Shown piece by piece: positions 62,622 to 64,000 of a stretch of 64,000 bases of DNA. The position numbers and the translations under genes were made by a program. Where the stretch lies: NCBI GenBank assembly GCA_047967505.1, contig CM106538.1; one strand, written 5' to 3'. The stretch comes from Dipteris shenzhenensis. Taxonomy: Eukaryota. The stretch's first letter is position 1; every line of letters begins with the position of its first letter. The notes below the pieces were generated by a model that ran no database searches, was not told where the DNA came from, and saw only the letters and a program-made list of their open reading frames with translations.

Positions 62622-62879
62622 GTAAGTCTATATCCTATGTTCAGGTCCAAGTTTTGCTCTCATAATATATTTCTATTTAAGTATACATATTTTATATTTT
62701 GCTGTTGCTACTTTGAGCGACCAACTCACCTATCCTTGCTTTTTCTGTGTTCCATTCTCTCCTTTACTTTAGATTGTTTTCAATGAAAAGACTCTTCTTA
62801 AATACCCAAGAGCAATGTTCATGGTGGAAATACATAATTTAGAGCATGAGAAACAAAACACCTAGAGTGGGCAAATAGC

Positions 62880-63240
62880 TGCTCATCAAAGAGAGCTAGA
62901 AAAGCACCAAGGTTGAGGCTGAAAGGGCCACCTCAACCCTGTTGTGCACTCTGAGAAAAAAGGGGAGCCACCCCAATTCTTGAGGAAGACAGTCCTCTTG
63001 CAAGAAGCCGCCAAGGAAGAGCCTTGCATGCTCACCCAAGTGATCATCAAATTGTGTGCAAGATCTGTCCAAATACTAGACAAAGTGGACGAAGGGGGGA
63101 TCTGCGAGCCATCCAAGGCCTCTGCTCATCTGGATCCAAATATGCCGTGCTGTAATGCTCAACAGAATCTCCCAAAAAGTATTCACCAAGGCACATGTAG
63201 GATTGTAAGGAAAGCGGGGAATTGGGAAGAATCATACTTG
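62880..63240 (-). mobile_element. LINE 3' fragment
   Basis: TLSSIWTDLAHNLMITW...GLRWPFQPQPW homologous to the other family copies. Confidence 0.75.
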
Positions 63241-64000
63241 TGAGAATGCAAATGGGTGCAATGCATGCATAATTTTGACGACGTTGATGGATGCAATGCA
63301 TGCAAATTGGCGCTTCAATAGGGAAAAGCTCCCTGAGTACTTGTTTTTGTTTGATCTATATGCAAGTGAGAGATTGCGGATGAATGCAAGGTGCTAGAGA
63401 GAATGCTACGTGAGATTCACAACAACGAAGGGGGATAGTCCTTCATTAATCTCCCTCGAGATCATTCAAGTTCCATCTTCCCATTTAGACCTACCCTTAG
63501 CCTATGACCCATGCACCTGCCATTCAATGCACTCTAATGCACCCTGCAATTTCCTATTGTCTCTAGGACCTAAACACCTGGGAGCACATCCTTATTAATA
63601 AAATAAGTGTTACATGTCCAAATTTGGTGCTGTCTAAAGCAGTGGCTCTAGCTAAACAGGCCCTATCTACTTAGACGATCCACCGCATTAAGAACAACAG
63701 CAGTTGGTGTCCATCATAACTGCAAACACATGTCACCTTTAAATTGATGTATAATGTAATAATGTTCTAATGTCTATTAATGATAAAATTTCTCTTATCA
63801 TGACAGGAACATCATCCAGAGAGCATGCCTTAACTATATTGCGTCAAACCAAAAAATCCCCAAGAAGAGAGTCATGCCTCTCATAAAGGGCTTGAGGCCC
63901 TGAAAGAGAGAGCTAAGCCACTGAACACAGATCATGAAGGAGGAAGGAACAAGATGTTGGAAAGGTCACCTCCCCATCTGTAAGCCCCCAAATGAGGAGA

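Overview
Land-plant nuclear DNA. The + strand carries 13 internal exons of a GH38 alpha-mannosidase gene (431 codons, consistent splice phases). Its introns of about 25.5, 3.5, 18 and 12 kb are packed with transposons: a complete chromovirus-type Ty3/Gypsy element (2215-8615, 5-bp TSD), an internally deleted Tat-type Gypsy element with an extra RNase H nested in a LINE, many degenerate copies of one L1-like LINE family, and Copia fragments. The standout is a 14.8-kb Mutator-like DNA transposon (32147-46936, 9-bp TSD CAATTTTGA). It encodes an intact 1049-aa DDE/SWIM transposase and, divergently, a 10-exon gene of about 976 aa that fuses a ParB/Srx-like domain to a beta-class N6-adenine/N4-cytosine methyltransferase-like domain. 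An array of 116-bp GATATC-centred palindromes lies between the two genes. A 1.66-kb non-autonomous relative with matching ends sits at 20665-22321. All calls come from manual reading and motif recognition; no searches were run.
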